A DNA stretch of 64,000 bases. Origin: Octopus sinensis. Lineage: Eukaryota. The position numbers were made by a program, and so were the translations under genes. The notes below the pieces were generated by a model. That model was not told where the DNA came from, ran no database searches, and saw only the letters and a list, made by a program, of their open reading frames with translations. Positions within the stretch are counted from its first letter, which is position 1, and each line of letters opens with the position of its first letter. Below, one piece after another: positions 1-13,560 of this stretch. Where the stretch lies: positions 21,266,001 to 21,330,000 of the forward strand of contig NC_043022.1 of assembly GCF_006345805.1 (NCBI RefSeq), given 5' to 3'.

Positions 1-1094
1 ATAAGTACCAGTTACGCACTGGGGTCGATATAATCGACTTAATCCGTTTGTCTATCCTTCTTTGTCCACCCTGTGTTTGGCCCCTTGTGGGTAGTAGAGA
101 AGTGGAAGTGGGTGTCAAGGAAACAGCTATGTTGCAGAGAAGGGGTGATAACCAACGAAAGGTTGATAGACACCTTGGATGGTAAACACTCGGGGTAAAC
201 TTTTGGTGAATGATAATGGTAGGGGTGAAGTAAACCTAATCAATCACTTCTTTAACCCCTTTGTTATCATATTTTTGTTATCATATGCTACCTTTGTTTC
301 AAGCAATTTTGAAAATAATAAGGAATTTGTCATTATCAAGCTGGTGCTTCGGAATTTAAATTAACATTAATTGTAGATGGATAGCTTTAATTTGGATTGC
401 TTTAAATAGGAGGTTTATAGTACAGAGCCAGGGTTGATGTCAGGCAGGTTAATAATATTAATAATATTATGAATGAAATTTCTTAGAAGGAAACTGTTGA
501 AGCCATTGTGTTGTGGTGGGGCGCATGCACACAGACCAGAGGAAGACAATGGTCAGAGTGACATTCCTTGGTGCCAATGCAGGTTAGTAAACAGGCTCAG
601 TATCTTTTAGGCTTTTTCTTTTACCTGTTTCAGTCAATGAGGTCATGCTGGAGCACTGCCTTGAAGCATCTTTAATAAAATGTATCAATCCCTGCACTTA
701 CTTTTTTAAAGTTTGGTATTTATTCTATGGGTCTCTTTTGCTGAACTGCTAAGTAACAGCAACATAAACAACACACCACACCATCCAACCTTTTGCCAGC
801 ATGGAGAGCAGACAATAAAAGATGATGAGGATGATGATCCTTAGCATCATGAAACACTTTTTGAAACATTTCAGCAGTTATCTCCTGCACTGCTAACTGA
901 ATGTGTTTTTTTAAGTTCACTTAAACTATTGTTCCATCCCAGGGAAAACGGAAGAGAAAACGATTGCAGCCAAACTGAAAAAAAAAAGATGTCGTTGGAC
1001 AGATAAACAGGATCCAACAGAAATGAAAACAAAATTATAAAAGGAAGTAATAAAGATTATAAAACTATAAATAAAATTTTAAATTTATACACTT

Positions 1095-2990
1095 TTATCA
1101 TATGATAAACATAAATAAAAGTGAGTTTTTAAAAAGATTGTCTGATTTCACTGAAATAGATAGTTGATTCTGGGACACCTATATATCTAGTACAGAAGAG
1201 TGTATATTTCCTACCTAACATATAATACACAGGTATGTATAAAGGCGGCGAGCTGGCAGAAACGTTAGCACGCCGGGCAAAATGCTTAGCGGTATTTCGT
1301 CTGCGTTACGTTGTGAGTTCGAATTCCGCCGAGGTCGACTTTACCTTTCATCCTTTCGGGGTTGATAAATAAAGTACCAGTTACGCACTGGGGTCGATGT
1401 AATCAACTTAATACCTATGTCAGTCCTTGTTTGTCCCCTCTGTGTTTAGCCCCTTGTGGGTAATAAAGAAATAGGTATGTATATTTCATATATAACATAT
1501 CAAGTTTATTGTAGTAAATATTCAGTATATAGCAGTATATATCTATCTACACTACATGGTATATCTGGAATTACCAAATGGGTCTGCTTTTTACAAGACA
1601 GGAAGGTGTGAGTGAGTTGAGGTGGATTTAGTTGCTATTTCTAGCAGTTCAAATGTCCATATAAATATTACCTTCCCTTCCTTTGACTCACTTATCATAT
1701 GATAAACATAAATAAAAGTGAGTTTTTAAAAAGATTGTCTGATTTCACTGAAATAGATAGTTGATTCTGGGACACCTATATATCTAGTACAGAAGAGTGT
1801 ATATTTCCTACCTAACATATAATACACAGGTATGTATATACACAGGTATGTATAAAGGCGGCGAGCTGGCAGAAACGTTAGCACGCCGGGCAAAATGCTT
1901 AGCGGTATTTCGTCTGCGTTACGTTGTGAGTTCGAATTCCGCCGAGGTCGACTTTACCTTTCATCCTTTCGGGGTTGATAAATAAAGTACCAGTTACGCA
2001 CTGGGGTCGATGTAATCAACTTAATACCTATGTCAGTCCTTGTTTGTCCCCTCTGTGTTTAGCCCCTTGTGGGTAATAAAGAAATAGGTATGTATATTTC
2101 ATATATAACATATCAAGTTTATTGTAGTAAATATTCAGTATATAGCAGTATATATCTATCTACACTACATGGTATATCTGGAATTACCAAATGGGTCTGC
2201 TTTTTACAAGACAGGAAGGTGTGAGTGAGTTGAGGTGGATTTAGTTGCTATTTCTAGCAGTTCAAATGTCCATATAAATATTACCTTCCCTTCCTTTGAC
2301 TCACTTATCATATGATAAACATAAATAAAAGTGAGTTTTTAAAAAGATTGTCTGATTTCACTGAAATAGATAGTTGATGCTGGGACACCTATATATCTAG
2401 TACAGAAGAATGTATATTTCCTACCTGACATATAATACACAGGTATGTATATTTCATATATAACATATCAAGTTTATTGTAGTAAATATTCAGTATATAG
2501 CAGTATATATCTATCTACACTACATGGTATATCTGGAATTATATCGGTGAGCTGGCAGAAACGTTAGCGCGCCGGACGAAATGCTTAGCGGTATTTCGTT
2601 TGCGTTACGTTGTGAGTTCGAATTCCGCCGAGGTCGACTTTGCCTTTCATCTTTTCAGGGTCGATAAATAAAGTACCAGTTACACACTGGGGTCGATGTA
2701 ATCGACTTAATACCTATGTCTGTCCTTGTTTGTCCCCTCTGTGTTTAGCCCCTTGTGGGTAATAAAGAAATAGGTATGTATATTTCATACATAACATATC
2801 AAGTTTATTGTAGTAAATATTCAGTATATAGCAGTATATATCTATCTACACTACATGGTATATCTGGAATTACCGAATGGGTCTGCTTTTCACAAGACAG
2901 GAAGGTGTGAGTGAGTTGAGGTGGATTTAGTTGTTATTTCTAGCAGTTCAAATCTCCATATAAATATTACCTTCCCTTCCTTTGACTCAC
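1095..2990. repeat. Three-unit tandem duplication of a ~600-bp segment containing a SINE
   Basis: Unit starts TTATCATATGATAAAC at 1095, 1692 and 2305; near-identical sequence; third unit rearranged. Confidence 0.9.
1241..1472 (+). mobile_element. tRNA-derived SINE family A (~230 bp; central GCCTTTCATCCTTTCGGGGTCGATAAA domain resembling Meta/Sauria-type SINE cores)
   Basis: TSD AGGTATGTAT. Further copies at 1-100, 1854-2085 and 2545-2771, plus degenerate ones near 6040-6310, 9303-9500, 16140-16250, 17340-17510, 20470-20655, 27580-27690, 32490-32850 and 48060-48260. Confidence 0.85.
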
Positions 2991-3492
2991 TGGCATGCTA
3001 TAACCACAAACAGACTTCACTGATGTCATCAAGGGAACAATTCATACAGTGCCCCCTGCCATTCCTTCCACCTCCTTGTTTTGTTTCGTTTTTTCTTTAG
3101 CACCTTCCGTTTCATAGATAATTTAAACAGCAATTAAGGTGTTTCTCATTTAAATTCCTGGTAATGAATACTCGACACACTTAACAGGAGTAAAACACGG
3201 CCATCAAAATTGGTGCCAAAGTCTGCAGCCAACCAGGATGCTGCTTTCTTCTCTTAAGCATCTTTTTCTATCGCTAGCATCATCGTACATTAGCAACTCC
3301 TACATATGTTACCTGTTGATGTTTCTGATCTAATTCTTGTTGTTCCTGCTGCTGTTGGTAACCAGGGGATCTGGGGGGGGGGTAAGATTAGTGTATTTTA
3401 TATTTTATTTTCCGTCAACAATATCATCATCATCAGAGCCAGTGCTAGAAAGTGCAGGGACCCAATTATAGTATTGTCAGTAGAGCCCTCTT

Positions 3493-3893
3493 ACTCTTTA
3501 CTCTTTTACTCTTTTACTTGTTTCAGTCATTTGACTGCGGCCATGCTGGAGCACCGCCTTTAATCGAGCAACTCGACCCTGGGACTTATTCTTTTGTAAG
3601 CCCAGTACTTATTCTATCGGCCTCTTTTGCCGAACCGCTAAGTAACGGCGATGTAAACACACCAGCATCGGTTGTCAAGCAATGCTAGGGGGACAAACAC
3701 AGACACAAACACACACACGCATATATATAAATACATATATACGACGAGCTTCTTTCAGTTTCCGTCTACCAAATCCACTCACAAGGCTTTTGTCAGCCCA
3801 AGGCTTTTGTCGAAGACACTTGCCCAGTGGGACTGAACCCAGAATCATGTGGTTGGTAAACAAGCTACTTACCACACAGCCACTCCTGCGCCT
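3493..3893 (-). mobile_element. tRNA-derived CORE-like SINE family B (~400 bp, internal TA/TG microsatellite, (AAGAGTA)n tail; OR-type octopus SINE-like)
   Basis: ACCTTGGGCAAGTGTCTT CORE-like motif in the family; tRNA-like head GGCGCAGGAGTGGCTGTGTGG; flanked by 101-bp direct repeats. Confidence 0.85.
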
Positions 3894-4094
3894 TACTGTA
3901 TTTTTTATTTTATTTTCCGTCAACAATATCATCATTATCAGAGCCAGTGCTAGAAAGTGCAGGGACCCAATTATAGTATTGTCAGTAGAGTCCTCTTCTC
4001 TACAAAAACTGAAGATTGATGTTTTATGCTTCGTGTAGTATGCCAGACCCAGTCAACAAACATTGAGGGTTTGAGGCTCTATCATTAGCCACTA

Positions 4095-4275
4095 TCTATT
4101 TATCTATCTGCTCAGTCAAAGTCGACTCTCAGTTATTCGATGGATCAGTGTCCTCCAGTCAGTTCTATCCTGGGCCGCTTCTTTCAGATTGGCTATGTCC
4201 ATTCCGGTATCACTCTTGGTCGTCCTCTTCCTATCTTGCCACTGACCATGCCGAGCATGAAGGCTTGAGGGTATA
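4095..4275 (-). mobile_element. RTE-BovB-like LINE 3' fragment
   Basis: Frameshifted translation GKIGRGRPR...LKEAAQDRTDWRTLIHRITESRL, typical of BovB C-termini. Confidence 0.7.
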
Positions 4276-4657
4276 TCAGCCAAAATGTTGTGTTAACAAC
4301 AAACAAGATGAGGACAAATATCCATCAAATGTAAATAATGTAAATAATGTACATAATTCCTCAGCTCTTATATATAGAACTGTATTACCCTTCAGTATTG
4401 ATGGCCTTGTACCTAAACTAGAAATCATTATTATTAAAGTCATAAATTGGCAGAATCATAGAATGTTAGACAAAATATCCTACAGTAGAGCCATTATATT
4501 TGGAGTTCAAATCTCACCAGGGTTAACTTCCAGTATTCAGGATGTTGACAAAATAAAGTATTCGAGCGGATAAAATTGATTGTTCCCGCCTAACAAAATT
4601 TCTGGTTGGTCTTGTGCCAGAAATCATCGGTAATTACTATTATCATCATTAAGCCAT

Positions 4658-4689
4658 CTACTACTACTACTACTACTACTACCACTACC

Positions 4690-4778
<89 letters not shown>

Positions 4779-4818
4779 CACCACCACCACCACTACTACT
4801 ACTACAACTACTACTACA

Positions 4819-4857
<39 letters not shown>

Positions 4858-4895
4858 GTTACTACCACCACCACTACAACCACTGCTGCTGCTAC
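4658..4895. repeat. (TAC)n/(CAC)n microsatellite
   Basis: Direct reading. Confidence 0.95.
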
Positions 4896-5384
4896 TATCC
4901 TGACCTTTTCACCTGACATTAATTTAGCAATGTAAATTATTGCTGAGAGCCACCAGAGGAAATGGTTATGCCATAAGACAAGGCATGATGAAACATTAAA
5001 CTGAATCTCTCTCCCGTTCTCTCTGCATCACTACACCTTACTACAAGCTTTATATTTCACTCACAGAACTAACTACTAACTTTTAGATAATATCATATAA
5101 AAAACAAAAACAATAACAAAACTCCTATCTTGACTATTAAAAAAAAAAAAAAAAAAAGATAAGCAAAACTTAAGGAAAAGAAAAAAATACAGACAGAAAG
5201 AAAATTACCCATATCATGTTAGTAGCTGTTAGTAGAACTCATCAAGCCTATAAGTAATAAATATATATATATATATATCATCATCATCATCATCATCGTT
5301 TAACGTCCGTTCTCCATGCTAGCATGGGTTGGACGGTTCGACCAGGGATCTGGGAAGCCAGAAGGCTGCACCAGGCTCCAGTCT

Positions 5385-5419
<35 letters not shown>

Positions 5420-5639
5420 TTAGAGACAAAACCACTATTTTGCAAAACAACAAGGAAAGACTTAATCAATACATTTTGACTATTTATTAAAATTTTATGT
5501 ATTGATTAAGTCTTTCCTTGTTTGTTTTGCAAAATAGTGGTTTTGTCTCTAATAATATTTTATAATATTTTACTATAAAATTGGATTTAATACTAAATCT
5601 GATTTTTTTCCCTGTAAATTTGGATTATTCCCTAATATT

Positions 5640-5680
<41 letters not shown>

Positions 5681-6694
5681 TATTTATAGGTCTTCAACTA
5701 TAACCCTGGGCTGACTGAAGTTTTGGGTGTGAAACTTGGTAGACGGAAACTGGAAGGAATCCTCACACACTCATGTGTGTGTGTGTGTGTGTGTGTGTGT
5801 TTGTGTTTGTGTGTGTATTTGTGTGTATTTGTGTGTGTTTGTGTGTGTTTGTGTGTGTGTAGTGTGTTTGTGTGTTTGTGTGTGTGTTAGTGTGTGTAGT
5901 GTGTTTGTGTTTGTGTGTGTTTGTTTGTGTGTGTGTGTGTTTGTGTGTGGTGTGTGTGTGTGTGTGTGTGTGTTTCCTTGTTTTGATATTGTGTGTTAAC
6001 TGTAAACAAATTGTGATGTTCATACAAGCAGTAAAGTGGCAGTAAGCTGGCAGAATCATTAGCACACCAGGCAAAATGCTTAGCAGTATTTTATCCATCT
6101 TTACGTTCTGAGTTCAAATTCTGCCAAGGTCGGCTTTACTTTTCATACTTTCGGGGTTGATAAAATAGGTCCCAGTCATGTACTGAGGTGCAATAAAATA
6201 AGTACCAGTCATGTACTAAAGGCCAACGTAATCAACCTACCCCCCCACCCCACCAAACTTGCTGGTTTTCTGCCAAAATTTGAAACCAATATTCATACAA
6301 ACAGTGATATTGTTTGGCACCCTCTATGCAAACATATCCAGACTAGAGTATAATACTACCTTGATGGAAACAGGTGAGGATTGGTGACAGGAAGGGCATC
6401 CAGCCGTAAAGAATCTGCCTCTGTTATCTCAACCAGTCAAGTGTGGGAAAATAGACATTAAAATGGTGATGGTGATAATGATATATATGTGTGTGCACGC
6501 ATACAGTGGTAAGAAGTTTGCTTCTCAACCACATGGTTTTTGGTTCAGTCCCCCTATGGGGCACCTTGGGCAACTGTATTCCACTCTAGCCTTAAGTTGA
6601 CCAACATTTTGTGATTAGATCTGGAAGAAGGAAACTAGCCTCTGCACGCATTTTTTTCTCTCCTTGTTTCTTTCTGTGTTTCTTTTCTGTGTAT

Positions 6695-6730
6695 CATTCT
6701 GTTGAAGAGCGTAGGCTCGAAACGTAAAAG
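6695..6730 (+). ncRNA. Degenerate copy of the same minimal hammerhead-like family
   Basis: CUGUUGA A GAGC GUAG GCUC GAAA CG UA AAAG; perfect stem II, A6 replaced by U; lies in a ~190-bp repeat (6640-6825) homologous to 52370-52590 and 52630-52820. Confidence 0.35.
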
Positions 6731-6821
6731 ACTTCTTTTATTTATATTCCTGAGCGCCATACTAATACAATTGTTTGTTTGTATTCCACCTGCCTTCGTC
6801 TTTTGTTTATTTTCATAAAGC

Positions 6822-6867
<46 letters not shown>

Positions 6868-7472
6868 CATCCTCATCATCATTGTTTAACATCTGTTTTC
6901 CATGCTAGCATGGGTTGGACGGTTCGATCGGGCTCTGGGAAGCCAGGAGGCTGCACCAGGCTCCAGTCTGATCTGGCAGTGTTTCTACAGCTGGATGCCC
7001 TTCCTAATGCCAACTACTCTGTGAGTGTAGTGGGTGCTTTTAACGTGCCACCGGCATAGGTGCCAGGGGAGGCTGGCAACGGCCACGATCAGTTGGTGGA
7101 TATATATACATATATATACATATAGATAGATGTGTGTGTGTTTGTCCACCACCACTGCTTGGCAACTGGTGTTGGTGTGCTTATGTCCCTGCAACTTAGT
7201 AGTTCAGCAAAAGAGACCAATAGAAAAAGTACAAGGCTTTACAAAAAAAGTGATAAATATTGAGGTCGATAAGTTTGACTAAAATTCTTTAAGATGGTGC
7301 CCCAGCATGGCCGCAGTCTGATGACTGAAACAAGTAAAAGGTAAAAGATGCACACACACACACGCACACAAAACACTATAAAAACACACAATACATATGC
7401 ACACATTGCAGGTACCCAGAATGCATACAGTATACATACATAAAGAATATACAGTATGGACATAATATATGA

Positions 7473-7519
<47 letters not shown>

Positions 7520-8597
7520 CTTGTGGATTTTCCAGCTGTTTCTATGATGAGTAGTCCAGCTGTTTCTATGATGGGTACTCCAGCTGTTCTGTCCAACTGA
7601 ATTAACCTACTCGTCGAATCTGAGTATTCCACAGACACGTGTACTCTTAACATAATCTTCAGACAGAATAAAGCAGAAGAAAATTGCATGATAAGGTGAA
7701 CTCTTTGGATCACAAACACATTAGTGCAGCTAATGGGTTTCCATACAATAACTTTCTACACAATTTCACAAAGAAAGCTTGTATTATCTCGAGATTATAA
7801 GAGAAGTCACTTTCAAACGGTGTTGCACAATGGCATTAAACTCACTCAAGACATCATAATTGCAAAGAAATCTTCTTAACCCTTTAGCATTCAGATTACT
7901 CTGTCAGAGTAATACTTATTGATCCACATTGATTTGGATTAATCATGCATTATCTTGTAGCATTGAGATTTCATTGATGTGAATGTATATATTCTTATAT
8001 CAGCATTATTAGTTAAGTGTGAGAAGCCTGATCTAACCAGTTTGAACATAAAACAGATGGAATATTTGGGCTGCATATGGTCAGGTTAACCTTTTAGCAT
8101 TCAGATTATTCTGTCAAACGCTATGCTTATTGGTTCACATTGATTTGAATTAATCATGCATTATCTCACTGCATCTAGATGTCCAATGACGCAATTGTAT
8201 ATTTCTAAGATAACATTGTAGGGCAGGTGTGAGATGCCTGATCTAACCAGTTTGAACATAAAACAGGTAGAATATTCGGGCTGGTTTAAATGCTAAACTA
8301 AAGGGTCAAACAATTAGGCCATGTGCACACATGCTCAAGCTGACAAGGGTTAGTCAATCTACTATGAATAGCAGACAAATCTCCTGCAAATCTCATCCTA
8401 CCTTCTTTAAAAGAGGACACAGCTGCTTGAATTTTGTCTGGCTTGATCACACCACTCACTATGATCTCGTTTAGTATTTGAGAGGTTAACAGAACAAACA
8501 TCTCATGTTTGTATAGAGTTGCCTGACGGATGCTTCTCAATCAATGAGACAGGAGTGTCACAGCTGTAATACTTGATTATAATTGTGTTGAATCACA

Positions 8598-8830
8598 AAG
8601 GCGGCAAGCTGGCAGAAACATTAGCGCGCCGGGCGAAATGCGTAGTCGTATTTTGTCTGCCGTTACGTTCTGAGTTCAAATTCTGCTGAGGTCGACTTTG
8701 CCTTTCATCCTTTCGGGGTCGATAAATTAAGAACCAGTTACGCACTGGGGTTGATGTAATCGACTTAATCTGTTTGTCTGTCCTTGTTTGTCACCTCTAT
8801 GTTTAGCCCCTTGTGGGTAGTAAAGAAATA
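8598..8830 (+). mobile_element. SINE family A copy
   Basis: Full-length match to the other copies, ending GTAGTAAAGAAATA. Confidence 0.85.
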
Positions 8831-9055
8831 TATAGTTGTGTTGAATTAGAGGCAGGACTGAGTATTCATTCCCTGTACACAAATACCTTAGCCTACACAA
8901 TCAGAACTGGCGAGTATTTTTTGTTAGCAAGAAGAGAGGATTGTATTTTAATCAGTAAAAATAAATCCATTGTGTCGCACAACACTTTCAAACAAACACT
9001 GAAAATGAAATCATAAAACGACTATTTCATCTCTGCCTTGCAATAATAATAATAT

Positions 9056-9284
9056 ATTTCTTTACTACCCACAAGGGGCTAAACACAGAGGGGACAAACA
9101 AGGACAGACAAATGGATTAAGTCAATTATATCGACCCTAGTGCGTAACTGGTACTTAATTTATCGACCCCGAAAGGATGAAAGGCAAAGTCTACCTCGGC
9201 GGAATTTGAACTCAGAACGTAAAGGCAGACGAAATACGGCTACGCATTTCGCCTGGCGTGCTAACGTTTCTGCCAGCTCGCCTT
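9056..9284 (-). mobile_element. SINE family A copy
   Basis: Reverse complement of family A; flanked by a TTGCAATAATA-like TSD. Confidence 0.85.
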
Positions 9285-9499
9285 GCAATAATAAGAATAG
9301 TTAAGGCAGCGAATGGGCAGAATCATTAGCACACCAGACAAAATGCTTAGCAGCACTTCACCCGTCTTTGTATTTTGAATTCTAACTCTGCCAAGGCTGA
9401 CTTTACCTTTCATCCTTTTAGGGCTGATGAAATAAGTACCAGTTGAGCATGAGGTTGATATAATCGACTCACCCTTCCCCAAAAATTATTGGCCTTATG

Positions 9500-9830
9500 C
9501 AACCTATCGAAAGAGCTGTTCTTCACTCCTGCTCCAGAGCATGGGCTGCAGGGTCACTCCGAAAAGCTCTATCTACGACGATTTCATCTCAATCGAAGGA
9601 GAGGGGCTTTCTCTGTCCGGGTTGTGGATCCGTGGAATAAGCTGACGGATGAGATAGTGAAGATGCCGACGACCGCTCGGTTCAAAGTCTCTCTTGACCA
9701 GAAATGGCCTGAACTCTTTGTATGACCACCCTCCCTGTACATAACTCCCTGTCCCCCTACATGGCCTTGCTTTTTCTTTTTGAGCCAATAAAAATTGAAA
9801 TGAAAAAAAAATTGAAATAAATAATGATAA
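9500..9830 (+). mobile_element. CR1-clade LINE 3' fragment
   Basis: LQGHSEKLYLRRFHLNRRRGAFSVRVVDPWNKLTDEIVKMPTTARFKVSLDQKW matches CR1 ORF2 C-termini; A-rich tail. Confidence 0.8.
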
Positions 9831-10063
9831 TAGTTTCTGACATAGAAACAAAGCCACAAATTGTAATGTTGGGTTAGTAAGGGAAATAGTCAATTATATT
9901 GACTTTAGAATTTTTCTGCTTTTTATTTTATCATCTCCAGGAAGGATGAAAAGCGAAATTCACCTCAGGGTTAAAGCTTACAGTAAAATGAAATTCTCTG
10001 TTTTGGTGTGTTTATGTCCCTGTAACCTAGCAGCTCGGCAAAAGAGACCAATAGAATAAGTAC

Positions 10064-10475
10064 CAGGCTTCTGTGTGGTAAGTAGCTTGCTTACTAACCA
10101 CATGGTTCCGGGTTCAGTCCCACTGCGTGGTACCTTGGGCAAGTGTCTTCTGCTATAGCCTCGGGCCAACCAATGCCTTGTGAGTGGATTTGGTAGGCGG
10201 AAACTGAAAGAAGCCTGTCGTATATATGTATATATATGTATGTATGTGTGTGTGTTTGTCCCCCTAGCATTGCTTGACAACCGATGCTGGTGTGTTTACG
10301 TCCCCGTCACTTAGCGGTTTGGCAAAAGAGACCAATAGAATAAGTACTGGGCTTACAAAGAATAAGTACTGGGCTTACAAAGAATAAGTCCCGGGGTCGA
10401 TTTGCTTGACTAGAGGCGGTGCTCCAGCATGGCCGCAGTCAAATGACTGAAACAAGTAAAAGAGTAAAAGAGTAA
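10064..10475 (+). mobile_element. SINE family B copy nested in an older copy
   Basis: Sequence match; older family-B sequence continues on both sides. Confidence 0.85.
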
Positions 10476-10739
10476 TAGGAGTTAATTAATTCAACTAAAA
10501 AACAAAAGCTGTTCAAGGTGGTGCTCCAGCATGGCTGTAGTCTAATGATTGAAACAAGTAAAAGGCAAAACATACTGTTCAGAGTATGATGATGACAAAG
10601 GCATTACAGAATCATATTTTAATGTCACCACTATCAGCCCCACCAACCCCAAGCCTTTGGCTGTACACCTTGAGGTTCCTTTCTCCTGTAAGTCACTTCC
10701 TAAATTTCCTGAAAAAAATCAACCAGGGAGAACCTGGTA

Positions 10740-10991
10740 TTTCTTTTTACTTGTTTCAGTCATTTGACTGCGGTCATGCTGGAGCATCGCCTTTAGTCGA
10801 GCAAATCGACCTCGGGACTTATTCTTTTGTAAGCCCAGTACTTATTCTATCGGTCTCTTTTGCCGAACCGCTAAGTGACAGGGACGTAAACACACCAGCA
10901 TCGGTTGTCAAGCAATGCTAGGGAGACAAACACAGACACACAAACAAACACACACACACACACACATACATACATACATACATACATACAT

Positions 10992-11046
<55 letters not shown>

Positions 11047-11212
11047 TACGACAGGCTTCTTTCAGTTTCCATCTATCAAATCCACTCACAAGGCATTGGT
11101 CGGCCCGGGGCTACAGCAGAAGGCACTTGCCCAAGATGCCAAGCAGTGGGACTGAACCTGGAACCATGTGGTTGGTTAGCAAGCTACTTACCACACAGCC
11201 ACTCCTGCGCCT
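10740..11212 (-). mobile_element. SINE family B copy
   Basis: Sequence match. Confidence 0.85.
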
Positions 11213-11624
11213 ATTAATATATTAATATTTTTCATAGACAGAACTCAAATCAGTGAGTATATGTCTGTATGTGTGTATGTTTGAGAGAGAGAGGCGGAGA
11301 GAGGAGAAGAGAAGAGGGAATAGAAAGAGAGAAAGAGAGAGAAACTGAAATTTGATATCATTGTTTCTCATGATAAATAAAAGTGCATATTGCATAGTGA
11401 AAAGTTATGTTAAGTATCTTAGCATACTTATATTATTATGTAGCAAAGTACATTAAGTGAAATGTATACCAAACACCATTTAACGTTCTCAGTTCTGGTG
11501 TCTGAAGCAAGTACAGTTAATGATACTGTACTGGAATTTGAGCAATTTCTTGCTTCTGTTTAACTCCAGCCAACAGAACTATGATCAAAGGCAATCAAAA
11601 CATGACCATCCTTTTTATTTTTGC

Positions 11625-12423
11625 TTCTTTCAGTCTTTTGACTGTGGCCATGCTGGGTTACGGCACTGAAGGGTCTAGTCAAACTGATCAACCCCAGGAC
11701 TTCTTTTCTTTTTTTTTTCCTAAGCCTAGTATTTATTCTGTCAGACTCATTTGCCAAACTGCTAATTTACAGGGATGTAAACACACCAACACTGGTTGTC
11801 AAGTGAAAGTGGGGGACAAACACTCACACACACACACATGACAGATTTCTTTCAGTTTCCATCTACCAAATCCACCCACAAGTCTTTGGTTGGCCTGAAG
11901 CTATAGCAGAAGAAACTTGCTGCCCAAGGTGTCACACAGAGGGATTGAACCCAAAACCATGCGGCTAGGAAACAAGCTTCTTACCACACAGTCATGCCTC
12001 TGCCTATCTCTCTTTTTTTCTCTCTCTTTTTACTTGTTTCAGTCATTTTGACTGCGGCCATGCTGGTGCACCGCCTTTAATCGAGCAACTCGACCCCGGG
12101 ACTTATTCTTTGTAAGCCCAGTACTTATTCTATCGGTCTGTTTTGCCGAACCGCTAAGTGACGGGGACATAAACACACCAGCATCGGTTGTCAAGCAATG
12201 CTAGGGGGACAAACACAGACACACAAACATACACGCACATACATATATATACATATATACGACGGGCTTCTTTCAGTTTCCGTCTACCAAATCCACTCAC
12301 AAGGCTTTGGTCGGCCCGAGGCTATAGTAGAAGACACTTGACCAAGGTGCCACGCAGCAGGACTGAACCCGGAACTATGTGGATGGTAAACAAGCTACTT
12401 ACCACACAGCCACTCCTGCACCT
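11625..12423 (-). mobile_element. Two adjacent SINE family B copies (older ~11625-12005, younger ~12020-12423)
   Basis: Sequence match. Confidence 0.8.
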
Positions 12424-12764
12424 ATATGTACTATATATACCATTCTGTACTTTTATTTTTGTTTCAGATAGTGTACATCCATAAATACATATATCAGTAC
12501 TTAAATAAAATATCTTTATCCTTTTAAGAAAGTATGCTGTGATGTGAGAGGGATTTGGTTGCTATTAGTAATTGCATAGAAGCTCAATTATTGGCTAGCT
12601 GCAGCAGTAGTAGTAACTATTTTCGTTGCTGTTTAGTCCTAGGTGAACCCTTATCAAGCAGATTTACAACTGAAGGTGTTACAACTGTGACATTTCCAAT
12701 TTTACTTCCTATCAAGCTTAGCACATCTTGAACTGCAATCTCAAATATGGTATTTCTAATAGGA

Positions 12765-12808
<44 letters not shown>

Positions 12809-12929
12809 CCACCACCACCACCACCACCACCACCACCATCACCATCATCATCATCATCATCATCATCATCATTATTATTTAGCATCCATCTTCCATGCTG
12901 GCATGGGTTGGACAGTTTAACAGGAGCTG

Positions 12930-13560
12930 ACCAGCTGAAGAGCTTTGGCCATGGTTTTTCTATGGCTGGATGCCCTTCCTAAAACCAACCACTATACAGT
13001 GTCCTAGGTGTGTTTACATGGCACCAGTACCCATGAGCCTGCAAAAATTGGGAACACTCAGCCGGAGAGAGATACAGGGGACATGCTTGTATGCCAGGAC
13101 CAACCAGGATTTTACTTAGCTTGTCAGGTCCTTTCAGACACAGCAAACCACCAGGGGTCTCAGTCCCTTGTTATCCCTTCTGTGAGGCTCAATGTCTGAA
13201 GATCCTTTCTCACCACTTCGTCCCATGTCTTCCTGGGTTTATCCTTTCTACATGTTCCCTCTACAAATAGAGATTGGCATCTCTTGGTGCAACTGTCTTC
13301 ATTCAAATGCATTACAAGACCATACCAGCACAGTCTTCTCTCTTACACACTACATCTGATGCCCTGTATACCCCAGTTATTCTCTCAAATCACATACACT
13401 GACATTACCCATCCAGTGAAGAATACTGGCTTCATTTCTTTCAAGCCTTTGCATACCCTCGGTAGTCACAGGCCATGTCTCACTGCCACATAGCAAACCT
13501 GTTCATACACAGGCATTATACAATCTGCCTTTCATTCTGAGAGAGAGACCTTTGTGATTT
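12930..13560 (-). mobile_element. RTE LINE 3' fragment
   Basis: Degenerate MKGRLYNACV..CGSETW..RRLCWYG..KPRKTWDEVVRKDLQTL; a shorter copy lies at ~61575-61935(-). Confidence 0.8.

Noticed and set aside
3682-4038. Recurrent ORFs such as MSSNARGTNT.. and RASFSFRLPNPLTR..
   Set aside because: Chance frames in SINE family B copies, not a gene family.
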